From NCBI GenBank assembly GCA_048938105.1, contig JBHLMN010000002.1, positions 288,001 to 352,000 of the forward strand: 64,000 nucleotides of DNA, read 5' to 3'. Below the pieces are notes generated by a model. It had not been told where the DNA came from. It saw nothing but the letters and a program-made list of their open reading frames with translations, and did no database searches. This DNA is from Promethearchaeota archaeon. Its GTDB lineage: Archaea > Asgardarchaeota > Heimdallarchaeia > Hodarchaeales > Hodarchaeaceae. The position numbers and the translations under genes were made by a program. Position 1 is the first letter of the stretch. Every line of letters starts with the position of its first letter. Positions 51,061-61,040 of the stretch are shown here, piece after piece.

Positions 51061-52860
51061 GTGAAAAAAATGCCTGCAAGATTATATCTACGATCATTTT
51101 GGATTTTAACATTCCTTTGGGGAATTGTTTTTGTACTTGCGATGGTTTTAGCGTATCTTATCTCGGTAGGTGGATTCATCCCTCCTGGATATGAATATTT
51201 TATTATTCTTTTACCAGTCATCTTTGCATTCTTTGTTGTAGGGTTACAATTCTTGATTTCGCCTTGGATAATGGATATCACTATTTCTTGGGTATATCAA
51301 GCAACCAAATATCAGGTTGACGAATTACCCACTCATATCCGTGATTTCCTGTACCAACAAATGGAACTACATAATTTTTCCCTCAAATGGGTCGCTATTA
51401 TCCATGATAATAATCCCAATGCCTTCACTTATGGTCATACAAAAAAACGGGCACGAATGGCTATTACTGAAGGAATATTAAACTACTTAGACGAATCAGA
51501 GCAGATCGCAGTCGTTGCTCATGAAACTGGGCATATAGTTCATCGTGATTTCATTTGGATGACTGTTGCAGCTGCAATTCCATTGATCTGTTACTCCTTT
51601 TATCAAGGTCTCTGGACTTTTGCACGTGTTTCAGCTCGTACTAGTAGAGACGATGATGCAGCTAAGGTTAGCGCAGTCGCACTTGTTGTGGCAATTGGGG
51701 CTTGGATTGCATATTATATTTCTCATTTTCTTGTCTTATTTCTTTCACGTGTTCGTGAATATTATGCTGATAGCTTCTCTGCGGAAGCAACAGGCGATCC
51801 AGGGGCGTTATCAAGAGCCCTGGTGAAAATTGCTTATGGTATGGTCAAGGAGGACGCAACAACTCAACAACGGATGCGTGATGAAAGTGTATCTCCATCT
51901 GCAAGAAAACAGGCCTCTAAGCAACACGCTTTTAATATTGGAATGCGCTCATTAGGAATTTTTGATGTTAGTGGAGCACAGAACTTAGCAATGTCTGCAT
52001 ATGGACGTGGTGTATCTGATTTAAATGAAGAAACTGTTGCAAAAGCTGCTCAGTGGGATCTTTCTAACCCTTGGGGTGGTTTTCTTGAACTCTTTTCTAC
52101 TCATCCTCTTCCAGCCAAAAGGATTAGATCTTTGAATAAGATGCAGGAAGAACGAGGTTTAAGACCAGAATTCCCAGGAATTGGTAAAGTCAAACTTCCT
52201 GAAAGCTTATGGGATGAATTTTTAATTGATCTCTTTTTATCTTATATTGCACCTCTCCTTTTCTTTCTCTTACCTCTTATTGGTGCATTTTTAGTATATC
52301 TCTTAAGCGATTATTCTGGGACTGTTTACGATCCTATGATAGGTATGGGTGCTGGGCTTCTTCTGTTTGCATTGATATGGAAATGGAGACGTCGTGAAAA
52401 ATACCCCAAAATTAGAGACAGTGATGATACAGTTACAGTCGTTCACTGCTTGACAGATCAAACAAAGAACTCATATTATGAAGCTTCTCCCCTTCGAGGT
52501 AAGAAAGCAGTCTTTGAGGGACGTGTTGTGGGCCGAGGAACACCAGGATATTGGTTAAGTGAGGACTTAGTGATTCAAGATCAGACGGGGATAATCACAT
52601 TAGACTACAGTCCTATTTTAGGGTTTATGTCATGGATTTTTGCACTGTTTCGTGTACCAAGTCTACAGGGTAGAATGGTTAAAGCATATGGCTGGTATCA
52701 TAGAGTTCCAACACCTGTGCTATCTGTTTGGAAGATTGTGACTGAAGACGGGCGGACTTACAAAAATAGATGGTCAGGCCTTAATTGGCTCTTTATGTGG
52801 ATTGTAATCATAATAGGCCTTTTCTTGATCATTTTTGGCCTTTCTATTTCTGTAATCTAA
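51061..52860 (+). CDS. htpX: M48 zinc metalloprotease HtpX with C-terminal TM/OB-like extension
   Basis: PNAFTYG, AHETGH, SRVREYYAD, STHP. Confidence 0.9.
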   Translation: MKKMPARLYLRSFWILTFLWGIVFVLAMVLAYLISVGGFIPPGYEYFIILLPVIFAFFVVGLQFLISPWIMDITISWVYQATKYQVDELPTHIRDFLYQQMELHNFSLKWVAIIHDNNPNAFTYGHTKKRARMAITEGILNYLDESEQIAVVAHETGHIVHRDFIWMTVAAAIPLICYSFYQGLWTFARVSARTSRDDDAAKVSAVALVVAIGAWIAYYISHFLVLFLSRVREYYADSFSAEATGDPGALSRALVKIAYGMVKEDATTQQRMRDESVSPSARKQASKQHAFNIGMRSLGIFDVSGAQNLAMSAYGRGVSDLNEETVAKAAQWDLSNPWGGFLELFSTHPLPAKRIRSLNKMQEERGLRPEFPGIGKVKLPESLWDEFLIDLFLSYIAPLLFFLLPLIGAFLVYLLSDYSGTVYDPMIGMGAGLLLFALIWKWRRREKYPKIRDSDDTVTVVHCLTDQTKNSYYEASPLRGKKAVFEGRVVGRGTPGYWLSEDLVIQDQTGIITLDYSPILGFMSWIFALFRVPSLQGRMVKAYGWYHRVPTPVLSVWKIVTEDGRTYKNRWSGLNWLFMWIVIIIGLFLIIFGLSISVI

Positions 52861-52861
52861 T

Positions 52862-52881
52862 ACTTCTTCTTCTTTTTTTTT
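52862..52881 (+). terminator. Oligo-T archaeal terminator candidate between convergent genes
   Basis: Pyrimidine-rich run ending in a long T tract immediately after the htpX stop. Confidence 0.4.
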
Positions 52882-53728
52882 ATTCAACATCTTTCTCCAT
52901 AAAAAGTAGTCCCATATCTTTTCGGTATTGTCGTTGAAGACGAATTTTGTCTAAATCTAAGGGTACTGAAACTACTCCCATACTCCCGTCAGGAATCGAA
53001 GATAATATGTTCTTGCCAATTGGTTCGTCATTAGTGAAACGATATGAGGGATCAACAATACAGGTAGCTCCAGCACACCAATACGGGTCTCGAATGGCTT
53101 GCATAGCTGTGTCGCTAACTATTATAGCCGCTGCTGCTTCTTTTCCTCGAATAATTGCTAGATTATGCCACATGAATCGGCCATAGTTAGTAAATGAACG
53201 ATCGGGGATAGTAGTCAAGATTGGGGAAAAAACAATGTCAAAATTTTTATTTATTAACGAAGAATAATCGTTAACATTCCACAGATCACTGCAAATCTGG
53301 ATTGATGCCTTCCAATCACTAATTTGCCAAATAAAATCCTTTTCTCCTGGAGTAATTTCTTGTAGTTGTTCATATCCAAAAGGATGACGTTTGTCATATG
53401 TTCCAATTAGGTGTCCTAATGGATCAAAAATATGTGCTCGATTGAAATACGAATCTTTATCTTTTACTAAGTGACTCCCACCAATTACCCATGATGAAAA
53501 TTGAATTGCTACTTCTTTTAAAAAATCTAAGGATAAATTTTGCATCGTTTCAGTATAGCTCCCCTTTCTCATCCCATTCCAATATTCAGGGAAACATATT
53601 GCATCTGTAATTTTAAAAGTAGTAGAAAATTCAGTGAAAAGATTTTGATATTGTTCTAGGTTGTTATTAAACTCATCAACTTTTATATTTGGTTGGAGAG
53701 CCGTGATTCTTAAATGAGACGACTTCAA
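52880..53728 (-). CDS. Carbon-nitrogen hydrolase (nitrilase family)
   Basis: Catalytic triad FPE, YDKRH, ICSD. Confidence 0.9.
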   Translation of the reverse strand: MKSSHLRITALQPNIKVDEFNNNLEQYQNLFTEFSTTFKITDAICFPEYWNGMRKGSYTETMQNLSLDFLKEVAIQFSSWVIGGSHLVKDKDSYFNRAHIFDPLGHLIGTYDKRHPFGYEQLQEITPGEKDFIWQISDWKASIQICSDLWNVNDYSSLINKNFDIVFSPILTTIPDRSFTNYGRFMWHNLAIIRGKEAAAAIIVSDTAMQAIRDPYWCAGATCIVDPSYRFTNDEPIGKNILSSIPDGSMGVVSVPLDLDKIRLQRQYRKDMGLLFMEKDVE

Positions 53729-53748
53729 ATATAGAACGTTCCTATCCC

Positions 53749-54975
53749 TTATTGATTAATTGCTAAAGAATTGATATAATTCTGTGATAATCTATGAACT
53801 AACTGAGAAATGTCAATAGATAGAATTGATGAATGTTGCTCTTGAAGAAATTGATCAATGTTCAATTGACACGAAGGGCAAGCATTAAGACATAATTCTG
53901 TTCCTCTTTCTTCCATTTGTTGAATAAGCTTTAATGCAACATCTTTTGCTATAGTGGGGTAATTTGCCTTAACTAATCCTCCTCCTCCACAACAAAGAGC
54001 ATTCTCGCGATTATTGGGTAATTCAAGATTTTCAACTCCAGGAAGAAGATCCATAAGTTCTCGTGCAGTCTCGAATTCGCCACAATGGCGGCCTAATTCG
54101 CAGGGATCTTTAAATGAGACTTTAATTGGAGTTAGGCTTAATAATTTCAATTTTTTTCTCTTAATTAAACTTATTATGTATTCCATATGTGTTATTACTT
54201 TGAATGGTAACTCTTCTCCTAATAATTTAGGATATTCTTGGCTAAAAACGCGGTAACAACCAGCACATGAAACAAATAATGTTTTAATTTTTAGCTTTTT
54301 AATCTCAGCAACATTATGTTTAGCCAGTTCTTTAGCTTTCTCTTTACATCCCCCTAATAAATATGGATTTCCACAACAATATTCTCTAGGGGAAAAGATT
54401 GTGATTTTTTCATTAGCGTGTTTTATAAGTCTTATAATTGATACTGGAGCTCCAGCTGCTCGGCCCATATATGATGCGACACATCCAATAAAATAACCAA
54501 CCCCAGTTTCTACAGGTTGGTTCACCCATTCTTCATAGGTATCCTCCACATCAAAAGACCAAAAGTTCCTATCTTCTTGGTTCATTCCTAAGAAATTATG
54601 AGTTTTAGCTAAGTTTTGGAACATTCGTTCCGTTTCCGTTGGTAAGCGATCCTGCAATAACCCTTTTAATTCAGTATAAACCTCCATTAGTGGAATATCT
54701 ACAATACATTCTTGTTCACATGCCCCACAAAATGTACATTGAAATAACCCTTCTGTAAGGGCATTCAATCCTTCATCTTTCTTTAATAATCCTTGCGCAA
54801 GATTACGTGCTGTTATCATCTTTCCTCTCCCAGTTACAATTTCGTGACGAACTGAAAGAAACGTTGGGCATGCTGCGTTGTTATTAACGCAATAAGCGCA
54901 GTATGCGCAAGTGAAGAATTCATCATAATGTTCTAAATGTTTTAAATTCAAGTGGTCAATCCTCGAGAAAGTCAC
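53749..54975 (-). CDS. Fe-S oxidoreductase, HdrD/GlcF-like (two CxxCxxC motifs plus CCG domains)
   Basis: CAYCAYC..CP, CTFCGACEQEC, YCCG, CAGC, DPCELGR, CCGGGG, ACPSC. Confidence 0.9.
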   Translation of the reverse strand: MTFSRIDHLNLKHLEHYDEFFTCAYCAYCVNNNAACPTFLSVRHEIVTGRGKMITARNLAQGLLKKDEGLNALTEGLFQCTFCGACEQECIVDIPLMEVYTELKGLLQDRLPTETERMFQNLAKTHNFLGMNQEDRNFWSFDVEDTYEEWVNQPVETGVGYFIGCVASYMGRAAGAPVSIIRLIKHANEKITIFSPREYCCGNPYLLGGCKEKAKELAKHNVAEIKKLKIKTLFVSCAGCYRVFSQEYPKLLGEELPFKVITHMEYIISLIKRKKLKLLSLTPIKVSFKDPCELGRHCGEFETARELMDLLPGVENLELPNNRENALCCGGGGLVKANYPTIAKDVALKLIQQMEERGTELCLNACPSCQLNIDQFLQEQHSSILSIDISQLVHRLSQNYINSLAINQ

Positions 54976-55155
54976 GACAACTATCAGCTACATTCTTATT
55001 TTTAACTTTCTGTTTCTTAATCGTTATTATTCGAAAAGATAAATGAGAAAAATAGTTTTTTCGTACCTAGAAGCTCAAGCCCTCATGCATCATTCTTGAC
55101 CTCTCTAACAGGATTAAGATCCACGCCTTTCTCTGAAATATTTCTCCTAAATACT

Positions 55156-56043
55156 TTAAAAAGGCACATATCCATAGCTCATAAGAAATTCCTGTTCTTC
55201 AGGGGTTAAATCTTCTCCTTCATCCCTTTTTTTGAGAAGGACTTCTATCTTTTCTTCAATCTCCCCATATACTTGTTTATGTGTCTCGTCTGCAATTAAT
55301 TTCTTAACTTTGGCAATTTTTCCTTTCAAAGCGTCGAGCTCTTCCTGTTTTGCTTGAACTTCTACTCTTAATTCTTCTATTCGTTGAAGATGTTTTACGA
55401 ATTCTTCATGAGCTTTATCTTCTTCCTCCTTTAGCGGTTTAATGCGAATATACATCTGTTGGACCTTTTCACTCATCTCTCTCCTGTCAGCTTCCTCCTG
55501 CGAAATTTTTTGGTCAATCTCTGCAATTTCTTGTTCTATTTTTTCTTTAGTTTCTGGAACATTTCCTAAATAATCAGCTACTATGGCCTCATTCCTTTTT
55601 TCTAGGTATGCAATTCTATCTTCTACACGTTGAATCTCTTCAATGAGGATTTCTTCATCCTCACGGGATAGTGATTTTGTTTGTTGCATGAATTCCAATT
55701 CATAGAGGTGAAATTTTAACTCAACTATGGTAAGCTGTTCTAATTGAGATTGTGTTAGAATCTTAAATACTGGCCCATCAACCCGTTGAGCTTGTCGACG
55801 GAGAAAGGATCTCCTCTTTTTCAGTTTTTCGAGTATATCCTTTTGTGAATCTCTTGATTCGATCTCAGGAGCAGCTTTTGCAAGGAGAGCTTGTCGTTCC
55901 GCCTTTAGTTTATCTCGCTGTTTTCTAAAGCGTGTTGTTAGTTTATGTTCTGTTTGAAGTTCTTTTCGCATGATTTTAATTTCTTCAATCAGATTTCTTT
56001 GTTGTGAATAATGCAGTTTTAAATGCTCTTTGTGAGTTGACAA
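55156..56043 (-). CDS. Archaeal long coiled-coil protein
   Basis: Heptads throughout; LEFMQQTKSLS.EDE..L, AHEEFV and GEDLT motifs of the conserved archaeal coiled-coil family. Confidence 0.75.
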   Translation of the reverse strand: MSTHKEHLKLHYSQQRNLIEEIKIMRKELQTEHKLTTRFRKQRDKLKAERQALLAKAAPEIESRDSQKDILEKLKKRRSFLRRQAQRVDGPVFKILTQSQLEQLTIVELKFHLYELEFMQQTKSLSREDEEILIEEIQRVEDRIAYLEKRNEAIVADYLGNVPETKEKIEQEIAEIDQKISQEEADRREMSEKVQQMYIRIKPLKEEEDKAHEEFVKHLQRIEELRVEVQAKQEELDALKGKIAKVKKLIADETHKQVYGEIEEKIEVLLKKRDEGEDLTPEEQEFLMSYGYVPF

Positions 56044-56253
56044 AAATATCAGGCCAATTTAGGTTTTTAAATTGATTGTCTACCAAATGATTAAAGGTAG
56101 ATGAAATAGAGCTGAGAACAGATAATATAAATTATTAATTAAGTGTAGCTTTTATATTAGGAAGAAATAGACTATTTTTAAGAGGTTATCCCTCAAATCT
56201 CAAAATGTTTTAATTGACAACTGATAAGCCCTTAAGACAATAGAGGAGATAAT

Positions 56254-56769
56254 ATGGAATTTTTTGAGGTTGTTATCAGGAACAAACGGTTCAAAGAGTT
56301 TCAGCCTGACCAGTCATTAACTTCTGATCAAATTAAACAGCTATTAGCCTGCGCTCAATTAGCTCCCTCTTTATCTGACATTCAAAATTATACTTTCATA
56401 ATTATTGACTCGGACTTAAAGCAGGAAGTTGCTGCAAAAACGGAGGGATCTGAGTGGATTCAATACGCTGCTGCAATTTTTGCTGTTGTAGTTGTTGAAG
56501 AAGACGATGATGTCAATATTATTGATGCTATTATATCGAGTTCTCAGTTAATGATGGCTGCAACCGCTAATAATCTAGGTAGTAATTTCATTGTAGAGTT
56601 TGATCATGAAGCTATTGCAAACCTTCTAGGCGTAACAGATAATCGTTTAACAGTGATAGGTCTTATTCCTGTTGGAAAAACTTTAGATGAGGGTTCACAG
56701 GGTTATAAAAGAACTTTAGCGGAGTTAAGTAATCATAATAAGTTAGGAGAACCCTATGAATTCGAATGA
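56254..56769 (+). CDS. Nitroreductase family protein (divergent)
   Basis: AQLAPS, LMMAATANNLGS, LIPVG, KR.L.E. Confidence 0.8.
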   Translation: MEFFEVVIRNKRFKEFQPDQSLTSDQIKQLLACAQLAPSLSDIQNYTFIIIDSDLKQEVAAKTEGSEWIQYAAAIFAVVVVEEDDDVNIIDAIISSSQLMMAATANNLGSNFIVEFDHEAIANLLGVTDNRLTVIGLIPVGKTLDEGSQGYKRTLAELSNHNKLGEPYEFE

Positions 56770-56854
56770 ATTGTTATATTTAGAAGCTAATAAATTCTTT
56801 ATAATTTAATAGAGAAGATTCAAGAAACAGAAGCCGAGGATAAGGGAACCATTA

Positions 56855-57385
56855 ATGGTTTCACTTAATGCAAAATCTTTTTTAAAAGACAAGGCTTATT
56901 TAGTCGTTAAAGTGGATTCAAATGAATTTACACTTTCAATTAATCAAATTCATGGGATAGGGGAATTTAACAATGAGTTCCAAGAAGAATTAGAATCAGG
57001 ATTCTATTTAGGAAATTTTCACTTACATGCTAGGATCATTCCTGTTATAAATTTGAAAAAATACCTCAATTGTCCGAATTCAGATTTTGTTTTAACAATA
57101 CAATCCAGAATTCTTTTTATAAGTAGTACAAAGGAAACAATCCTCAGTTCAAAAACCATGATTGTTGGTTTAGGTGTAGATGCAATTTTAGGTTTTTATC
57201 GTTATAAAACTTCTGGAAAAGAGATAAAATCGGAAGGAAACCTCTCATCTGAAGCGAATTGCTTCAGAATGAACTCATATATCGAGATCAACTCTAAGAT
57301 ATATCCTTTATTAAACTTGAAGAAGCTCCTCGATTTTTCTCAATTGGAGAAGTTACTAGAAGATTATTTACCAGAAAAGATTTAA
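56855..57385 (+). CDS. cheW: CheW-like domain protein
   Basis: GNFHLHARIIPVINLKKYL, VGLGVDAILG, LLNLKKLL. Confidence 0.78.
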   Translation: MVSLNAKSFLKDKAYLVVKVDSNEFTLSINQIHGIGEFNNEFQEELESGFYLGNFHLHARIIPVINLKKYLNCPNSDFVLTIQSRILFISSTKETILSSKTMIVGLGVDAILGFYRYKTSGKEIKSEGNLSSEANCFRMNSYIEINSKIYPLLNLKKLLDFSQLEKLLEDYLPEKI

Positions 57386-57446
57386 TAATATGTTTTATCA
57401 GTTGTAGACAAGAGAAAATATTTTTGTGGCTTATTGGGGCTTTTTA

Positions 57447-58913
57447 ATGGAGAAAATAGGGAAAAATATAAGAGTATTTTGCCTCTGTAAGAAACAATAT
57501 GACCTTGAGTCATTTTTAAATACAGCATTGGCTCAAACTGAAGCTCAGCGTTATCTAATCAGTTTTTTTACTTCAAAAAAACCTTCTACAAAATTATTTT
57601 CTTCTTTAATTGATGGATTTACAATTACAGCCATCAAGGTACCAATTAAAGTTACAGCTAAATGGAAGAAGAATGAATTTGTAACTCAATTGAATGATTT
57701 TTGTGCTGCGATTCCAAAAACATCTACTCGTCAAAACTTATTTCTTGACTTTACTAACTTAAATGTCACGAAAAGCTTTGTTAATTTTATTGAATCTTCA
57801 TTTGAAAACAAACTTATTGATACTAATGTAGAAAAATATTCAATTTTCTCTCTTTTTCTCGAAAAAAAGATAGGAAAAACGTTGATAAATCAGCTAGCCT
57901 TAAGTTACCCTTTTTTATGCTTGGCAAATTCTCAAATTCACCCTAATTTTTATTATGATTCTAAAATGGGCGGTAAATTTCCTACAAACTTACGAGACCT
58001 TTATCAACCCATCCAAATCCTAATAGAGGAGCTAGAAAAGAATTCACTTGAACAAGACCGTCTAAATAAGGAATTATTTATACTTTCAACCCACAATAAC
58101 ATTCTCGAATCTTCTTTAGCCACTTTCCTAGAAATGGATCGTGAAAAAGTAGATTCACCACGTGGAAACGTTCCAGCAGATTTAGTTTCCTTATCACATT
58201 ATAGAGATCTCAAACAAAGATATGATGAAAAAACTCAGATGCTTTCAACTGTTAGTCATGACTTGAAATCTCCTATAGCAGCAATCCAAGGTTTTGCTGA
58301 AATATTAAGAGACGGATTAGCTGGAGAAGTAACTCCAGAGATGAAAAAACACCTAGAAATGATAGTATCTAACTCAAAGAGACTCTCGCGAATGGTAGAG
58401 AGTATTATGGAATATGAGAAATATGATCAATCTGATTATATCACTCAACGAGAAACTTTTGATCTAATCGAGATAATACATGACGCTAAAATGTTGATTT
58501 TACCTCAGATGATTCATAAAGATCAGGAAATGCATATTTATACTCCTGATTCATTAGAGATGGTTGGTAATCGCGAACTTTTATTACGAGTATTACAAAA
58601 TGTGTTGGATAACGCGGTAAAATACTCACCTCAAAAGAAAGGGAAAATTGAATTGTTTGCTGAAGAACAAAGCATTAAGGGTAACAAAATCATTAAAATT
58701 ACTATAAAGGACAACGGATTTGGATTCAATGAGAAAAATTTAAAACGAGCATTTGAACCGTTTGCCCGTTTCGAACCAGGCTCAACCTCGACAGGCTTAG
58801 GATTATCAATAGTTCATAAAATTGTTGAATCTATTCATGGAGGCTCAATAAAAATCACGTCACCAGGGAGGAAAAAAGGAACTACAGTCACCATTTTACT
58901 TCCAAAAACTTAG
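57447..58913 (+). CDS. Histidine kinase with degenerate MEDS-like N-terminus
   Basis: VSHDLKSP, NVLDNAVKY, DNGFG, TGLGL; SYPFL...HPNFYY resembles the MEDS end; track start 57426. Confidence 0.9.
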   Translation: MEKIGKNIRVFCLCKKQYDLESFLNTALAQTEAQRYLISFFTSKKPSTKLFSSLIDGFTITAIKVPIKVTAKWKKNEFVTQLNDFCAAIPKTSTRQNLFLDFTNLNVTKSFVNFIESSFENKLIDTNVEKYSIFSLFLEKKIGKTLINQLALSYPFLCLANSQIHPNFYYDSKMGGKFPTNLRDLYQPIQILIEELEKNSLEQDRLNKELFILSTHNNILESSLATFLEMDREKVDSPRGNVPADLVSLSHYRDLKQRYDEKTQMLSTVSHDLKSPIAAIQGFAEILRDGLAGEVTPEMKKHLEMIVSNSKRLSRMVESIMEYEKYDQSDYITQRETFDLIEIIHDAKMLILPQMIHKDQEMHIYTPDSLEMVGNRELLLRVLQNVLDNAVKYSPQKKGKIELFAEEQSIKGNKIIKITIKDNGFGFNEKNLKRAFEPFARFEPGSTSTGLGLSIVHKIVESIHGGSIKITSPGRKKGTTVTILLPKT

Positions 58914-59030
58914 TTTTTAAAGGATGGTTTTTTCCTGATGAGAATAAACTGAAACCAGGATTCCTATAGTGATCTGATTTAATATTTTTTATTAAATAAG
59001 TGGCAGATTCAAAAATAAGTCCATTAAGAT

Positions 59031-59363
59031 TTATTTATAGAAATCTAGTAAATTACTACTATTATTGTCCTCATCACGGGGATTTAAAATAATCCTGAAA
59101 AGATCCCATACAACCTCACTGGCGCATCTTCCACGTTCAGTTAAGGCGTAGAGAACCTCAAGTTCTTCCTTCCCCCGAATTTTAAAGATTAAATCAAGGT
59201 CAAGTAGTGTATCTAACCGAGACTTTACCTTGCTTGGGGAGGCTTGATGTTCTATAGATGAACAAATCTGTTTAAAAGTTCTACCATTTGGATTTAAATG
59301 GAGATATTGCATTATTAGAAGAGAATACTCTTTTTCTAACTTCTTAAGTGGATTAATTTCCAA
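59031..59363 (-). CDS. HxlR-like winged-helix regulator
   Basis: RTFKQI...SPSKVKSRLDTL..LDLI...YALTERG. Confidence 0.8.
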   Translation of the reverse strand: MEINPLKKLEKEYSLLIMQYLHLNPNGRTFKQICSSIEHQASPSKVKSRLDTLLDLDLIFKIRGKEELEVLYALTERGRCASEVVWDLFRIILNPRDEDNNSSNLLDFYK

Positions 59364-59441
59364 TGTTTGAATCTCATTTAGGAGTTTATTTCGAGAATGT
59401 AGTCATTCCTGAGGATTCTCGGGTTAATTTACAAGATTTAC

Positions 59442-59465
59442 TTCAAGAAAGATGTCATTCTTGAA
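59442..59465. promoter_or_regulatory. Inverted repeat TTCAAGAA-N8-TTCTTGAA in the divergent promoter region
   Basis: Perfect 8-bp arms between the wHTH gene and taw1. Confidence 0.45.
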
Positions 59466-59566
59466 AACTTTTGGGTTCTTTATAAGATTGAGACATGACT
59501 AGTTCCTATTCCTAACGATCGATATTTCAAATAACTAATATAACCTCTCTTTAAGGGAGATTTATT

Positions 59567-60595
59567 ATGTCTTATGCTCCAGATAAAATGCAAGTACTAC
59601 TTAAGAAACAAAAATATCAACTTTATGGGAAAAATACAGCTGTTAAGAAGTGTACTTGGACGCATAACGCTTTAAGGGAAGATCGTTACTGTTTTAAACG
59701 ATTTTATGGAATTCAATCTCATCGCTGTGTTCAGTTCTCCCCCACACTGATATGCAATTTTTCTTGTCAGTTTTGCTGGCGAATTCATGAATCTGATCTC
59801 AGTTTAAAAAATATGTACAAGGATTATGATGTTACAGATATCCAGAGATTACCAGAAGTCTTTGATTCACCTGAGGAGGTTGTTAAGGGTATCTTACTAG
59901 GTCAACGTAAGATTATCTGCGGATATAAACCATATATTAATAATCAGAAATATGAGGAGGCAATGGATCCTAAACATGCTACAATGAGTTTAACAGGAGA
60001 ACCTTTTCTTTATCCCTGGATCCCAGAGTTAATTCAAGAATTAAGAGAAAAAAATATGACTGTATTTATCGTTACCAACGGTAGCGTGCCTGAAACACTA
60101 AAATTGATTTTAGAAACAAAAATCTATCCTACTCAGCTGTACATTACTCTTCCTGCTCCAGGGATTAAGAATTTTATTCGCACACACCGTCCTTTAGAAG
60201 ATGCTAAGTTGGTTTTAAATAAAATTTGGGAAACTCTCTCTATGATTGGGAAAGGAGTTCCTTTTCGAACTGTCGGGCGTTTAACAGTCGCTAAGGGACT
60301 CAATCTCATAGATCCCCAAGGATATGCCCAAATGATTGAAGTAATGAATCCATCCTTTATTGAGATCAAAGGCGTTGTTCATGTCGGTGCTGCGGAGAAA
60401 AGGCTTCCCAGATCTGTTATGCCATCCCATGATAACATTTACTCCTTTGCTCAAGAGTTAGAAATGTTAACAGATTATAAAATCGTTAGGGAATCCAAAG
60501 TCAGCCGTTTAGTAATATTATCGAATGGAAATAATCCTTTGATAATCCCAGAACTAAAAAATTCAGCTCCTATTCAACCAGAGAACAATATTTAA
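59567..60595 (+). CDS. taw1: tRNA 4-demethylwyosine synthase (radical SAM Taw1/TYW1)
   Basis: AVKKCTWT, CFKRFYGIQSHRCVQ, CNFSCQFCWR, SLTGEP, VTNG, IEIKG. Confidence 0.95.
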   Translation: MSYAPDKMQVLLKKQKYQLYGKNTAVKKCTWTHNALREDRYCFKRFYGIQSHRCVQFSPTLICNFSCQFCWRIHESDLSLKNMYKDYDVTDIQRLPEVFDSPEEVVKGILLGQRKIICGYKPYINNQKYEEAMDPKHATMSLTGEPFLYPWIPELIQELREKNMTVFIVTNGSVPETLKLILETKIYPTQLYITLPAPGIKNFIRTHRPLEDAKLVLNKIWETLSMIGKGVPFRTVGRLTVAKGLNLIDPQGYAQMIEVMNPSFIEIKGVVHVGAAEKRLPRSVMPSHDNIYSFAQELEMLTDYKIVRESKVSRLVILSNGNNPLIIPELKNSAPIQPENNI

Positions 60596-60816
60596 TTGAA
60601 AGATCATATAACATGCTTTTTTAAGGGATAGTTTACATAATCAAGTAACAGTATGTCTTTTTAACCGAAAAGCGATATCATTCCGTGAATACAAAACTCA
60701 CAAAGGATTCTTCTTTAAGATGGGCATCTCATGGTTCCTGAGGATTCAACAATGATTTGTGTTAAAAAAAAGGAACAATTAAATGAAATGAATTAGTAAC
60801 AGTGGGTGATAACAAG

Positions 60817-61017
60817 ATGCAACTTGCAGAAAAATCAATAGAATCAATAACACGATTAAGGCTGAAATCTGGAACAGCCATTGAAATCCATATGATAACT
60901 CAAAATAAGGGTACCAATCGAATGGTTATAGAGAAAGGCGAAGAAAGTCTTTCTCTTGAACAGGAGGAAATCTCTGAATTTATTACGTTGTTTAATGACT
61001 TTTTAGAAAGCTTTTAG
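60817..61017 (+). CDS. Small hypothetical protein (beta-strands plus helix; paralogous to the N-terminus of the next gene)
   Basis: GGGTGA RBS before ATG 60817; aligns by eye with the 61041 N-terminus. Confidence 0.7.
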   Translation: MQLAEKSIESITRLRLKSGTAIEIHMITQNKGTNRMVIEKGEESLSLEQEEISEFITLFNDFLESF

Positions 61018-61040
61018 AATTTGGTAGGAGCTGATCTTTA

